Shown one piece after another: positions 30,887 to 47,762 of a stretch of 64,000 nt of DNA. Origin of the DNA: Lingula anatina (taxonomy: Eukaryota > Animalia > Brachiopoda). The position numbers were made by a program, and so were the translations under genes. The stretch is taken from the NCBI GenBank assembly GCA_051362555.1, contig CM120649.1:8308001-8372000 (forward strand). Direction: 5' to 3'. How positions within the stretch are numbered: position 1 is the first letter of the stretch; every line of letters starts with the position of its first letter. The notes beneath the pieces were generated by a model, which was not told where the DNA came from, did no database searches, and worked only from the letters and a program-made list of their open reading frames with translations.

Positions 30887-32093
30887 CTTGGTCACGTGAA
30901 TGGCAATTATGCGCCAGAATCTGACGCTCAAGAAACCGGACGCTGTCGTAAACCTAGGCGCGTTTGAGTGTGGAGGGGGCGTTGGTTCCTGATGTAAACT
31001 ACTTCTCGTACTTTGCGGCTGTACCGTACTCTTCGTCCTTCTCAAGTATCTTAAGGCCCGGTTCCACTGGCGTTTAGGATATATTTCGCATGAAGTGCGC
31101 ACAAAATTGGTTGATATTCGCTAAACATCCACAATATTCATGCTTGTATCATTCGGCCAGCATCCGCACACGTCCGTAATTATCCGCAGAGGCACTTTTT
31201 TCCGTTCCCAAGTTTTTTTATCTGCCCACAATTTTGGTTGCAGATGAGATGCGCAATACATTCGCAAAACAGACGCAATACATATGCAACACATGCGCTG
31301 TTTTCTGCTCTTATCCGGAATAGGAGAGCATGTACTGAGTATGTAAACCGTGTGTAGAGCGCCTCTATCACGTCCATATCACGAACTAAGATAATATATT
31401 GCGAATATTACGTCAGGATTTAAGCGTTTCTGTTGCGTCTGATTTGCGTCTGATTTGCGGACATCTGCAATAGCATCCGCTTTTATTTGTGATACATACA
31501 CAATACATTATCAATGTGTCCGTAATTCACACTGTTCTTATCAGCACGCTATTGTGGAAAATTTGTCATTTTTGGACAAATCTGTTGCGGATGACAATGA
31601 AGGTCCGGATCCCAAGAAAATCTGTAGCCTCAATTCTCTCTCAATTCATCCTCAATTCATCCTCTCGTCAGTGTGACCGGGCCTTTAGTATTTTGTAGGC
31701 GGGCAGTAGGGGTGCAGATCTTGAGATGTACGTTAGACAATCCCTTTAGGATTGACAAATTTAACACGTTCTCTTAATCGAGTTCCAAGCGTTTTCTCCC
31801 TTTCTTCGATGTTAAAGTGTGTTGGATTTTGCTCACATGAGACTTTATATACCGATTGGAGCCTTTCCATCCTACAAGTTGTTGCCTCAAAGTGTAGGTT
31901 TCACGAATGAATTAAGACCGTGAGTCTGGGACCTGTGTGAGTGTCGGATAGAGTGTCCACTCTTAGGTGGGGTTAATGGATGGCGAGTGTCCAATTCCCA
32001 TAGTTGTTGACTCTGAGTGCCTTGCGTATGTGTCTCACTTCATAAGCTTGGCCCCGTTTCCTTCTGCGCAAAATCACCATTCACGTGACCAAG
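30887..32093. mobile_element. Putative TIR element hosting a nested MITE
   Basis: CTTGGTCACGTGAATGG at 30887 and CCATTCACGTGACCAAG ending at 32093. Confidence 0.5.
31054..31684. mobile_element. PIF/Harbinger-type MITE
   Basis: TIRs AGGCCCGGTTCCACTG / CAGTGTGACCGGGCCT flanked by TTA on both sides (31051-31053, 31685-31687). Confidence 0.8.
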
Positions 32094-32270
32094 GTGTAAA
32101 GAACGCCGTGGTTGGCTGATATAATTTAGTCTCCGGAGTAAAAAAATAAGTCTGTGCTATTACCCTATCTACAAACCATGAAAAACCTCATTCATGGCAA
32201 TATAAAATGCTTAGGAATGTAATTTAATTTCCCCTTGATTGAAACCTATTACTGCTACTTTATATTTCAG

Positions 32271-33969
32271 TATGCGATGAATCAGATGTTGCATTTCTGC
32301 TAGATGTAATCGGAGATCCGAGAGACGCACCGATGATTCAACATTTCATTGGGTCTTTGGTGAACGATTCCTTCAACATAGGACCGGACAACGTCAGCAT
32401 TGCTATCGTTTCTTTTATCCCGTCCATGGATGGCCTTATAAGACTAGCCGACGAACAATCATATGAAAATATACTGGGCAGAATCCATGCTATACGCGTG
32501 CCTCCAAATAATTATCTTCTACACCTTGTTGGAAGTCAAACTCACCGAGCGCTTGAAGTCGCCCGGACGACATTACTTAATCCACTGGATCCTGACGGAG
32601 GGAGATTAAATACCAGTAAAGTAGCTGTCGTTATTAGCACTGGTATCGAAACTTATTTTTGCAAAACTGTTCAAAATGCCCAGGCTGCAAAACTACGAGG
32701 TATTGAAATTTATGCGATAGGGGTCGGAAGCAAGACAAGCCTACTCCCAGAGTTGCAAGCAATTGTGAGTCCACCGGTGCATACCCATGCTTTTATAGTA
32801 GAATCCTTCGATGGACTGCTTGAATTGCCGGTGAATTTCTCCGAAGCTTTCTGTTCAGGTAATTAAAACACAACTCCACTTAGTCGAATCCACTTAGTGT
32901 GGAATCTGCAACTTATGTTTTTGCTAAGGAGGTTATTTTTTTTCAAGCCCCCTTTGTCTGTTTATCACCAGCCTGCGCAAAAAAAGTTGTGGATTGATTT
33001 TGAAATTTTCAGGATCGGTCAATAATTAGCTAACTTCTAAAAAAGTGATACGATTTTGATAGTGATCTTGATCACCATCTGCGTCATCACCATCGCGAGA
33101 TGCATTCAGTGACCTTGAACCGAAAATCAAGGAGGGTGTCGTAAGGTCGTGGTGCAGTGGATGTGCTCTCTACTACCACACGTTATAACCACTAAGTCCT
33201 TGGCGAAAGTCTGCGCTTTCTGAGTGCTTTTCTAGTTTCCATTTACTTTGTTTAATCCTTAGAGGAATGCCTTAAAAGTTTGTTGGTCACGTAATTTATT
33301 TAACACTTGATAATATAAGGCTAGATGGGCCATGAATGTGCGTAGCTGTAGGGCAGATGTCACATAATATTTAAGGTAAAAGACGGTTCCTGCCTCCTGC
33401 AGTGTACATGAACGCAAGAAGAATAGATAACGTTTATTAAGCCGGGAGAGGGGTTGCCTTTTCCCCTTGTAACCCCTACACCCGCTAATGTAAATCGCCT
33501 TCTCATATTTATTTTAGTTTCCAACAAAAGTGCACCATGGCATCCAGAAACAACCAGCTGGTACAGATACTACCGAACAGCTTGCCAAGAGCACTTTACT
33601 ACGCAGGGTATCACAACAGCCACATCAGATCTTTCTGGGTCGACAGCAATATTCATGTCATCTGCGTCACCAAGGATGTCTGTTGAGAGCGACATCGCCT
33701 CATCCATCGGGATTGCAGCGAGCAGTGACGCTGTCACAACTACCGCATTCGTTACTTCGTTCACCAGGACGCAATATGCAAATACTGACATGAAACCTCT
33801 GGCAGATATCGGTGACGGTCCTTCGTCGCCAAAGCAGGATATTGGAATTCTAATTGGGTCAATCGTACCTTCGCTTGCTGCAGTATGTGCTGGTGTCATT
33901 TTTTTGTTGTGTTTCTTGAAGAAAAAGAAACGCAAGGCAGAGGTACAGCCGAAGGAAGAAGGGCCTTGA
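32271..33969 (+). CDS. Type-I membrane protein: vWA domain, S/T-rich stalk, TM helix, short basic tail; exons 32271-32858 and 33518-33969, candidate upstream exons 30076-30147 and 30690-30722; start unresolved
   Basis: SDVAFLLD..FNIGPDNVSIAIVSF..THRALE..KVAVVIS..GIEIYAIGVG..ELQAIVS.P (vWA); TM IGILIGSIVPSLAAVCAGVIFLLCFL followed by KKKKRK; phase-1 GT-AG junction. Confidence 0.85.
32915..33236 (+). mobile_element. Diverged HINE-like element, same family as 19911-20179
   Basis: GCTAAGGAGGTTATTTTT...GAAATTTTCAGGA...CCTTGGCGAAAGTCTGCGCTTTCTGAGTGCTTTTCTAGT. Confidence 0.65.
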
Positions 33970-34578
33970 ACATCAAGTGCGCAGATGTTTATTCCATCAA
34001 TCTTAGAGTTGTATTTCGTAATCAATTTTTACGTACACTCAGATTCAGATTCTGGAGCACGTTTGTTAGCTCTAAGCGGAGATATACGTTAAGAAAACAA
34101 TCATTACGGTTCAAGATTGTTTTATTATTGCGCAAGTACCGGTAGTCCTTTGCTATTTTAGTATGCAAAATGACACCGTGTGCATGAAATTATCTCGAAC
34201 TTTCAAATTCAGTCTTTTGATTTATGTATATTGATAAAAGAATCGACACGTCATTTCTCATCAGATATCTTACAATGGCATAAGCATTTGCATTATACCT
34301 TTTACTTGAGTAAAGGTACGAGGTTATTATACCGGATGTATCTAAACGTCCTATGTGCTATTAAAGGAAACAGAACGTGTAAGCTGTCAATACAAAACAT
34401 ATTTTCATATTTTACGAAGTGAATGAATTTTGTACGAAATAGCCTATTTTCTTTATTTCAGATATTTCAGGATTAAGAGTTTCTGACATATTCTTATACA
34501 AGCGTTTGACTTCTTAAAACGTCACCAAAAAGAAATGTCATATATATTTTGTTTTTCAACATAATTACTCTATCACAT

Positions 34579-37331
<2,753 letters not shown>

Positions 37332-39097
37332 GGCGCCCGATTTCCTGCACACAAGATTAGTCGCGCCTGGCGCTTGTGACAGAATGAACCGTTAGTCTAA
37401 ACGAGGACGCAATTATACTTGATTATGGAGTTTAGTTTCAGGTTTGAACCTTAACCCCGGATTTTGCTGAATTCTAAAGTATTTTCACAATGCCGCACCT
37501 TATCCCTGGAACTCAACAGACCACGGACGTTTCTGTTTTTTCTGATAACTTTATCATCAGTGTCACAGTGTTGGCTGTGATCAGTTGAAACCATATTTTG
37601 GTCTAAAACGTGATCTGGATGCTTAGAAGTGATAACATAATTTGAAAATATCATATTTTGGAACATGTCCCACAAGTTGGCCTCATTATCAGCGGTTTGT
37701 CGTAGGCTCTCTTTTGCAAATTAAAAGTTGCGCATGCAAAACAGTAAAATGAAAAAGCATGTTTATAAAGACATACTCTCAGTAGGATATCCACTCTAGT
37801 AATCAACCGTGGTCCGCAGTCGCTGTGTCATTTCGGTTACTGACATAAAGGATCCCCCCACACCCAAAAACTGTTAACTTATTGCTGCAGACAAAAGATA
37901 GCCGGCTGTGCACGTGTCTGTGAAGACACAATTATTTTGCTGCAGTGCAGGACCGCCAGTCTAAATATCCAAGCACAAGCACGTTGTTAGTATTGACCGT
38001 AATGAATAACACTGGCTTAGAGGGTCTGGGTCACAGAGGTTACTGATACATGGGGTTTCTCTCTAACCCCCACCCCACCCCGCCTCCACCCCTTGTAACA
38101 AACAACTTACATGTAACTGTTCTGTAGCTGACAAGGTCAAGGTCAGTTGTCAAGGTCAGTTGTACATACTGTACTTACTGTCGTTTTGTAACTTCTCTGG
38201 TTACTTATTTTGCAGTCGGTTTTCGTAGTGCACATGTTTTTATTCAAACTCCATATTACTACTACGTGTAAGCTTCCATCGACGACATCCGATTTGCCTC
38301 TACTTTCTCCCACTTTTCACCTCGAGTGAGAACACACCAGCCAGAGGAAAAAATACTTTTAAAACGTAATAATTACGCTTGATGATGCCACGAATTGAAG
38401 AAAAATGAAGGTGCCCCATGGGTTTCGAGGTAGCACCTTACCCCTCCTTCCCTCTTCTTTTTACTACAAACATAGCCCAAAGAGTAACTTGGGACAAAAC
38501 CCAACAAATTCCAAGCCTTAAATCAGAAAATGTGTTCTGCGTATGACAGTCAAATTAATCGCGTATATTGTTTCATATTTGACGAGAGAAGAAGTGTTTT
38601 TCCTTAGCCTCGCCAGTTGGCAAGATATTTTATAGTCCATTCAAAAATGACATTAATTTGTACGACAGTGAGCTCCGATGTTCCAGTTGGTTTTTGTTGG
38701 CATAAATGTAAGTTCATAAGTTCTTTCCAAAGGTCAAAGGCCAAAGATGAATTAACTTTGTTTAAATCAGTATACACCCGTAAACACGTTAGATATAATA
38801 ATACGCTAGCTGCACAGGTATGTTTTAGGGTTGTGTATATATACAATTTGAACTCCCCTTTTTAACATGGTACAAACTAGCATCTACAAAATCGGTGCTC
38901 TTCATATACGTAAAACAATCCAAGCCCTGTTCTAGACAAAAAAATTGATGCATCATCTGTCTAAAAATACCGAGACTGTAAGTCCCCATTGTACGCTTAC
39001 AGAAAAAAGACACACTATGAATGAATTTTATCATTTAAACCGCCTTCATTGTTTCACCTGGTAGAGTGCCGCTTGTTCTCTGGACCACGAGGTCGAC

Positions 39098-42000
39098 ATG
39101 AAGCCGGGGTTTATTCTCGCTGTTATCTGTTTTCTCGGAGGGGTCCAATTCGCCCTCGGTCAAATCCACGCCAGAGATCAATTGGAGATGAAGCTATATC
39201 TTATTTCAATGAGTTCAAGAGTCCAAGCAATTAAGAAATATCTTATTGAGAAATGCCTACAAGTGATACACGAACATGCTGATATGGCAGGTGTAAGAGG
39301 TAAAAGAGACACCGTAGCGGGTCTTCGGATTTTGTTTGCTGAAGCTGAATTGATAAAAATGCAAGAGGTGAGCTTCAATAATTAATTGAACCTTTATTTT
39401 GCTGTGACAACGGTACATAATTGCACAAAATATGTAAATGTGGATATTCTATCCATCGCATTTGTCACTCAGAATAGTGCTAAGAAATAGATTAATAGAG
39501 TCTAACAGTTTAAAGCTCTCATCATTAGATTACTGGTATTTAGTGGATACAGTGGAAGCGCTGTTGATTTCTCGTAAAGGAATCGAGTTGTACGTGTTGA
39601 TTTAATTTATTAAATTACATTTGGTAACTACAGGAAAACGCTGTCCAGTGTGTCTCTTTAGGGTGTATATAACTCCATATTTTATAACAACTTACAGCTA
39701 TACTTGGAATGTGCAGCTGCAACTAACGAAACCACGTTACCGCCAGATGGCACCCCTTTAACCCCGACAGCCATTTTCAATCCCAGTCAACCTACATCGA
39801 CAACAATTGCCACGACTAATAACCCTCAAATTAACGGGCTTGGACCTGGTACTGCAGAGGGCTCATCATCTGAAACAATGGCACCTTCTCTTAAACAGCC
39901 AGTCAAACCATTCAGTGATGTATCCCCTGATACTCCTCAAGCCGACAACGGAAGAACTATCAGTGAATCAAACGTGGTAAAAATGGTATTTACAGCAACA
40001 CTCCAGCCAACAACCAATATATCAGCTGCAATTGCCCAAAGAACAGCCATAGCATCAGCTGCAACATCTCAGTCAACAACCACGGTATCTGCTGCAACAT
40101 CTCAACCACCAACTACGGTATCTGCTCCAACATCTCAGCCAACAACCACGGTATCCGCTGCAACATCTCAGCCAACAACCACGGTATCCGCTGCAACATC
40201 TCAGCCAACAACCACGGTATCTGCTGCAACATCTCAACCACCAACTACGGTATCTGCTGCAACATCTCAGCCAACAACCACGGTATCTGCTGCAACATCT
40301 CAACCACCAACTACGGTATCTGCTCCAACATCTCAGCCAACAACCACGGTATCCGCTGCAACATCTCAGCCAACAACCACGGAATCAGCTGCAACATCTC
40401 AGCCAACAACCACGGTATCTGCTGCAACATCTCAACCACCAACTACGGTATCTGCTGCAACATCTCAGCCAACAACCACGGTATTTGCTGCAACATCTCA
40501 GCCAACAACCACGGTACCTGCTGCAACATCTCAGCTAACAACCACGGTATCTTCTGCAACATCTCAGTCAACAACCACGGTATCTGCTGCAATATCTCAG
40601 CCACCAACCACGGTATCTGCTGCAACATCTCAGCCAACAACTACAGTATCTGCTGCAACATCCCAAGAAACAACTACAGTATCTGCTGCATTATCCCAGC
40701 CTACAGCAACGGTAAATGATGCAATATTCCAACCAACATCCACAGTATTTGCTGTAACCTCCGGATTGATTTCTAAGACAAAAACTCAGCAAACAGCTAA
40801 AATTTCTGAAACAACTACTGTCCCACCACTAGCAGTTACTAACACAGCTTCTCAGCCAACAGCAAAGGTTTTTAACAGAGCATCTCCGTCAACAACCACT
40901 GTATCTGCTGCAACAACCCAAACAACAGCCGCAGTATCTGCTTTGACATCCGAGTCGATTTTTAAATCAACTTCTCAGCAAACAGCAGTGTTGTCTCAAA
41001 CAATTGCTCAGCCAAGGACAACGGTTTCTATCACAACTACTCAGCCAATAGCAATGGTTTTTAACACAGCTACTCAGCCAACAACAACGGCTATTGATGC
41101 AACCACTCAGCCAACGATAACGATTTCTGATGCAACCACTCAGCCAACAGCAACGGTTTCCAACACAACTTCCATTCCGCCAGAGGCAGTTCCTAATACA
41201 GCTTCTCAGCCAACAGCAACAGGCTCTAACACATCTAATCAGCTATTAGATACGGTTTCTAAGAGAACTTCTCAGCCAAAAGCAACGGTCTCTAAGACAA
41301 CTACTCGGCTAACAACAACGGTTTCTAACTCAGATACCGAGCCAACAGCAACGGTTTATAATACAGTATCTCAGCCAACAGCCGCAGTACCTGCTGCAAC
41401 AACCCAATCAACAACTACACCATCTGCTGCAACATCCCAACCAACAGCCACTGTATCAGAGGCAACGGCCCAATTAACAGCCACGTTATCTGCTGCCACG
41501 TCCGAGTCGATTTCTAATGCAACCTCTCAGCCAACAGCAGTGGTTTTTAAAATAGTCACTCAGCCAACAGCAGCAACTTCTTACACAACTACTCAGACAA
41601 CAGGAACGGTTCCTAACACAACTACTAGGCCAACAGCAACTGTTTTTAATACAGCTACTCGGCCCTCAGCAACGGATAATAACACTCAGGAAGCACCTGC
41701 TTTTGCTATTACAATAAGTCGAGAACAATACAAGGCTTCTGCTGCATCAAACCAGCCGCAAACCGGAACATTCCAGCCATCAGTTTATATTTATTCTACG
41801 ACAAACCTGGGAACAAACCCACTGTCTTCATCAACGACGACGGCAACCACTTCCACTACAGCTAACGCTATTTATGAAGCGGCCTCTGAATTAAGTACGA
41901 TTGATACAACGACATCTTTTGAAATAAATGACTTTTCAACTACAACATCGCCTTTTATTTCAAATACCTCTTCTGTCAGCATGATGAGTGAGACGGCTGG

Positions 42001-42784
42001 AGTCACCCCCAATATGTCTAGAACCACTGGCGCCGTGCCAACCGAAGCTACGAGAACAAATTTGACCACCGCCGCGGAGACGGCTATCGCACCGAGTGCT
42101 GATGATCTGCCACAGTCAAGTGTAGTCTATGGGACACTCGAGGTTAATCCTCCTACCCTGCAACTTAACCCAGTGACAGATGAAGGTGGGAGTGCATAAC
42201 ACGTCCTCACAACCTTAGTAATTCGAAAGAAAATTATTGATGAGTAATAACCTACACTAATTGTTATCATTTTTATTCAATACTAATCTTTATTTTAACA
42301 GTTAATTAACCATTGCCTTGATTTATTTGTCTACACTTCCATAGCATTCAAGCTAAAGGCATTTGGTACGAATTGCATTCCCCTGTTAGGGACGTTACCT
42401 GTATAAATTGCCCGACATACATGTACTTCAATATGTCATGTTTAAATTGTAAAAAGAAACATCAGAGGTCACGCATGGGGGCTGTTAATAGCGATGCTTG
42501 GTAATAAATTGCTGTCAAATGAATGGGATGTTAAACGCCTTCTGGTAAAATGTATCCAATAAAGATTAAGATAATGCTGACAATGGGAATAATTTAGGGA
42601 AAAGCGTATAGTTCGATCAGAACTCTCCTCGCGGATTATTTCCCGCTAAACGTTAACTAACATCGGCATTGTTTGAAAGGGGTCTTGAACAAAAAGAACC
42701 AGTGTCATGATGGCAATTATACCCGCCAACATTGACAATTTCCCGGAAGGAGGATTCCCTCGCACGTCCACGTCACCCACCCTG

Positions 42785-42817
<33 letters not shown>

Positions 42818-45800
42818 GGAAAAAACACACAGGAAAAAACAACACGCCCACACAAAAACGGTGTTCCTTTTTAAGATTAAAATATTTTCATCTTTTAATC
42901 TTAAAAAGGAGCATCGTCTTTTAAAATTTTAATGTTTTCTAATGCTTCTGAAAGAAACGTTTCGGTTTTTTCCTTAGAAATACATGTATGTTAGCAGTTT
43001 GCTATAATGAAATACATTGACAACACAAAATGAAAAGAAAAATCAAATCGGCAGGTAAGTTATTTATTAAATTTCAGTTTTAGTCTTACAATGTTTCAAG
43101 AATACCATCAACTGTTTTACAACTTATTCATAGTAACAGCCAGTTTTAACCAATAATTAAAGGTTTTTGCACTCCGATATTTCAGTGTTTGTCGTGTTGC
43201 TTTCATATAGTATAAGAGATTCAGCTTATTTCACACCTCATGCAGGGACAACGAGTCGTAAGTTTTTTAAACTTTCTATGTTACTGGGCTATATTTGAAA
43301 AAATTCTGGAGATTTCTTTGTAAAATCCCAATCGTCTCACTTCATAAAAATTCAGTTTTTGGGGGGATTATAAAATATTCGTAATATCCTTCAAAACTGA
43401 ACTACTCTTTATTAATCCATTGCCTATGGAGGTCATTTTAAGCACTAAATCTCATTCATCACCACTCCATATATATATATTCTTAGTTGTCGCACAAATG
43501 GCCCTTGTGCATAAACGAAAACGAAGAAAAGGGGCACAATATTTCATGCGCCTCGACAGCCATACTTGATATGAAAATCCATCGCAGACACTATATATCG
43601 GTAGATCAAAAATAGCATACTTTGACGACATGTAGATTTTATGCTCCATTTGTAACAAATTTTAATTGGAGCTCATTCGTAGCGTTAATTTTCCAGAGCT
43701 GCGATTTTCGTAATGTGCGCTTTTCTTCACGAGTAATGATACAAATTACACCTTTATTCTTTTAAATACTGCTACTATAGGCCTAGTACTCAAGTCACAC
43801 CTCAGACTCTTTTTGAAACTTGCAAATACACTCTGGGAGAGGTTCGAGAGAAAATCCGGTTTCTCAGCTGGATCAGGTTTTGTCTATATAAGCGTCAAAT
43901 GAGGAAGTTTACTTGAAAAAGCAATTTTTACAAACAATGCCCGCTGTTAAAATAATCGGTATTATCGGTTCCCTTCAGGACAAGCCTAGTCCCATGACAA
44001 CATTATACTCACACAAAGACGGACGTGGTTTTGTATTTGGCATCTCTTCCTTATTGTTTACAGCATCAGTGCCCTCCATCAATGACCGTAAGAAGCAATA
44101 ATATGACGGCAAATTAAGTCACTACACGTTCTAACCAAAGGAAAGAGAGAAAAGTCTGATAGATCGGGATATTTTGTGTGAATTGGGAGATCGGAAGATA
44201 TGTCCCCAAATCGGGAGACTCTTGACTAGACCGGGCGTGCTGACAGGTCTCTGGGCTCCGTATCTCGAAAGGTTCGCTGTGTTGCGCACGTGCGCAAGCG
44301 TTTCGATTCCATAACCGATTCTATTTCGAGATACGGGGCCATGAAATCGAGACACTTGCGTACGTGCAAGTGAGTCTCGATTTCATGGCCCCGTATCTTG
44401 AAATAGAATCGGTTATGGAATCGAGACACTAACACACGTGCGCAACATAGCGAACCTTTCGAGATACGGAGCCCTGGTTAATTTCCAGCTAACTGTTGCT
44501 GCTGTTGTTGAGATTGTTATTGGTGTGATAAAACTACATGTATATGGTTATTTTTTCATTGCGTTCCAGAAAACGACCCATGTAATATGTACAGCGCCTT
44601 AACCGAGCCATGGCGGAACGTGGAACAGGGCAGCAATGTCCAAGAACTTGAGAACGCTTTCGGCCGCGCTAATTGTGACAGCTCTTCTCGTGGCTGGGTG
44701 GCAGCCTGGTATCGCTTTCTGCCCCCTGCCGGAACGATGATGACTCAACAGGTACATAAACCATTTCTTGAGGCTTGCATGGATGACATTTTGGAAGGCT
44801 AAAGGGATTTGGATGCACTTTTATTACTTGAAAAAAAATCGTTAGTCTATCACTCTGCTCTTTAAATTTGTCTGTGGTATTTTTTTTGTCCGAATATAGA
44901 GGCCACAATTTTAGAGATTTTTGTTTCATTTTTTTATGTTGATTGGTAATAGATGGACTGAATGGGTTTCAAAAGGATCAGATTATGATCGGCAATATTT
45001 TAGAATATTTAATGGGGGGACTAGGGATAGGTAATTTAGGGAGGCTATGCCTCTTTGAAACAGGTACGCCATACAGGTATACAGTATACCCTGGCTGCTC
45101 GAGATTAATTACCACTTGTCATTTGGTTTACAGAGTATAACATGTGGCATTTGCCATTTTTATCATTAAACCCCTAGATCTATTGACTTTAAGACAATGA
45201 ATGACTGTTTACAGTGTGTCAAAACATTGCTAACCTGACATCATACTGTTTTGAACAATGCCCATTTCTAGGCATGCCTGTTAAACAAGGCAGATTGATT
45301 TAAGAATAGCCGTACATATTTGTAATGTAAGATCTACTAGTATTGTTTTGAATGGTATCGAGTTCTGTATTTCTTATTTTTAATATAATCTCATTTTAAT
45401 GCCCAGGCTATGGATAGGGAATTAATGCATGATGGTTAACCCCCTATGGGAGTACCAGTACATCATACATGTACATTGATAGCAGGAGGAAACAGAGAGA
45501 TAGATACACAAATAAAAAGATAATTTATTGTAACCAAATGTGCACCATGGAAGGCATCCTTTTTCATTTTTACTGTTGGCATAATCTGTGAAATATATTA
45601 ATTAAAATTAATGTTAATCATTACTTAGACATTTCCTCCAAATCAATAAATATGTAAAAAGCCGTAAAGAACGAAATGTATGTGCTGGATTACAGTTCTT
45701 ATATTAAGTAGCAGCAATCAACTTTCAATTGCCCATAGGGCTAAGGTACCCAGGTCTATCTTTTATACTGTAACTTGTAGCAATGATGCATTCTTGTTGT

Positions 45801-46355
45801 ACTATATTTAGCAAGTTCTTGCTGTATCGAGCAATTTCATTTATCTATTTTTATTTGATTCAGTGTTTGTTTGGGTTTTTGTCCACTTTTTTATTCGTTT
45901 ATTTTCCTTTTATTCTTTATTTTATAATATTTTCAATTATTTATATGAAATGTTATTCAACTATTTTATAAAATTATTCTAAAATTTATTTTTCTTCTTA
46001 TTCCTTCTCCATTTTTGCTTTTTTATTATTTAGATAAAGTTTTCATTGGTACTACAATACCTTTTGTCCCAAACCTAATCTTACCGCTGTACGTTTAATT
46101 GATATAAAATACAATGTCTGTATCTCTCTCCAGTGCCCTGACAGCGGGTCATGCGGAAGTCACGTCTCCCACTGGCTGCTGGGGACTCACCCAAACGTGA
46201 CCGGAAGTCAGGTCACGCTGGATGTATGCGGATCGTTGATTGGTCAATGCTGTTTCTCAACACAGACGGTCAGAGTAAAGAACTGTGGCACATATTTCGT
46301 GTACTATCTCCCACCATTGGGAGGATGTCATCACGGATATTGTGGAACAAACTAG
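39098..46355 (+). CDS. Secreted Thr/Ala/Ser-rich mucin-like protein with C-terminal UMOD/GP2/OIT3-type D8C (D10C) domain, 1053 aa; exons 39098-39367, 39698-42185, 44570-44751, 46134-46355
   Basis: Signal peptide MKPGFILAVICFLGGVQFALG; VRGKR furin-like site; about 830-aa PTS exon; DPCNMYSALTEPWR..CD..WYRF..AGTMM..C....CGSH..WL.G.HP..VC..CC....RVKNC..YFVYYL....C...YC; phases 0,1,0 consistent (3162 nt). Confidence 0.85.
40056..40690 (+). repeat. 33-bp coding tandem repeat (VSAATSQPTTT), about 19 units
   Basis: GTATCTGCTGCAACATCTCAGCCAACAACCACG repeated in the mucin exon. Confidence 0.95.
44254..44473. mobile_element. Fully palindromic 220-bp MITE with CTG target duplication
   Basis: GGCTCCGTATCTCGAAAGGTTCGCT ... 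AGCGAACCTTTCGAGATACGGAGCC, symmetric about CGTACG; CTG at 44251-44253 and 44474-44476. Confidence 0.85.
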
Positions 46356-46711
46356 CTGCAGAATTGTACGGGGGCAATTCTGCCTGGAATACGAGTATAT
46401 GTGTATTGAATTTCCACTGAACTGCAACAAGGTAGATTTCGATTGTATTTGTGTACCCTCCTTTACTAATCCTCCCTCTTCGGTTTCTTTTTTTCACCTT
46501 TCCTCTTAAAACAAATTACCAAAAAAAAAGTATATCCAATTTGTGTAAACACCAAGTCGAAGTCGACCTTATTGACCGGTCAAGACGAAATGTATACAAC
46601 TACATGCATGAGGTACCAGTAGTCCCTGAATCAACTATGAAGTGGGCTTACAGTAGGCCTATATCACACAGCTTAAGTCTCCTTTAACTATATATAATAT
46701 CTGCGTGTGTA

Positions 46712-46777
<66 letters not shown>

Positions 46778-47508
46778 CTTTTTTTTTCTTTTTCCGGTTT
46801 TTCCAGGCGTGCATTATGAATTTTGAACATGACCTTGACACTAATTATTATTCTTGTAGGGCACACACCATTTAAGATTCACTGGTATATGCTTCTTACG
46901 GAAATATATCAATTTATTTAAAAATAAATAAATAAAAACTACACGAATTGTTAAGTCATTTCAATAGTGTGCAATTCTAACATTTACTTATTTACGTTAT
47001 ACATCCTGTATCATGTTAGTTAGTCGGAAATAAAACCCTAAATCGCTTCATTTACAGATATTAAATTGGTTGTTATAATGAATACTACACAAACACATCT
47101 ACTATATCCAGTAAGTGCACATAATACATGTTTTAATTCCTCTCTCTCTAAACTTTCCCGCGAATGTCCAACTTCTTAAATTTTGTAGGTGCAGTAATTC
47201 ACAGGTATAAGGATTTGACACATATATTGCACTGCTCTTAGTGTCCTTCTTTTCATTGCATGCACGAGTTGTACATGTACAACGATGACTACAAAAAATA
47301 ATTTTCAGTTTAAAATACATAAAATAATAGCATGACTTTAAGGTGCGCAATTAAGCCGTACACTCTGCGTGATGTTTCCTTGCTAATCGATGCGTTGTTG
47401 GTGCACTCCCCGTGCACTTAAATCACCGGATGATCTTTATAAAGGGTGCATCTTAAAAATGCGTACTTATTCAGTTTTTAACATAAATGCTATTGCTGTG
47501 CCCACTTA

Positions 47509-47762
47509 GGCTGCGTTCACATGAAAAATCTATTTTCTAAAAATCTAAAAATTTATTTGCGGTATCTTGTGATTACGGTCTGTGTCTTGAATACCCCTCG
47601 GTGTAATAACTGGCAGCGCCGAGAATTAATTACAGCTTTGGAAGTAACTGACTCGCGCTGCCCGCAATTACGCCGTGGGGTATTCAGGGCACAGACCGTG
47701 ATCACAAGATACCGCATGTAGATTTTTAGATTTTTAGAAAATAGATTTAGCACGTGAACGCA
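47509..47762. mobile_element. Palindromic MITE (long TIRs, Harbinger-like GGCTGCGTTCAC end; right end clipped)
   Basis: TGCGTTCACATGAAAAATCTATTTTCTAAAAATCTAAAAAT... mirrored by ...ATTTTTAGATTTTTAGAAAATAGATTTAGCACGTGAACGCA. Confidence 0.85.

Noticed and set aside
40073-40640. Minus-strand Cys/Trp-rich ORFs (RCCSRYRGCWL; LAEMLQQIPW)
   Set aside because: Antisense shadows of the 33-bp mucin repeat.
42847-42922. AT-rich hairpin as terminator or ncRNA
   Set aside because: Eukaryotic intron context; most likely a tiny MITE remnant, with no other support.
47521-47753. Mirror ORFs on both strands
   Set aside because: Consequence of a palindromic MITE.
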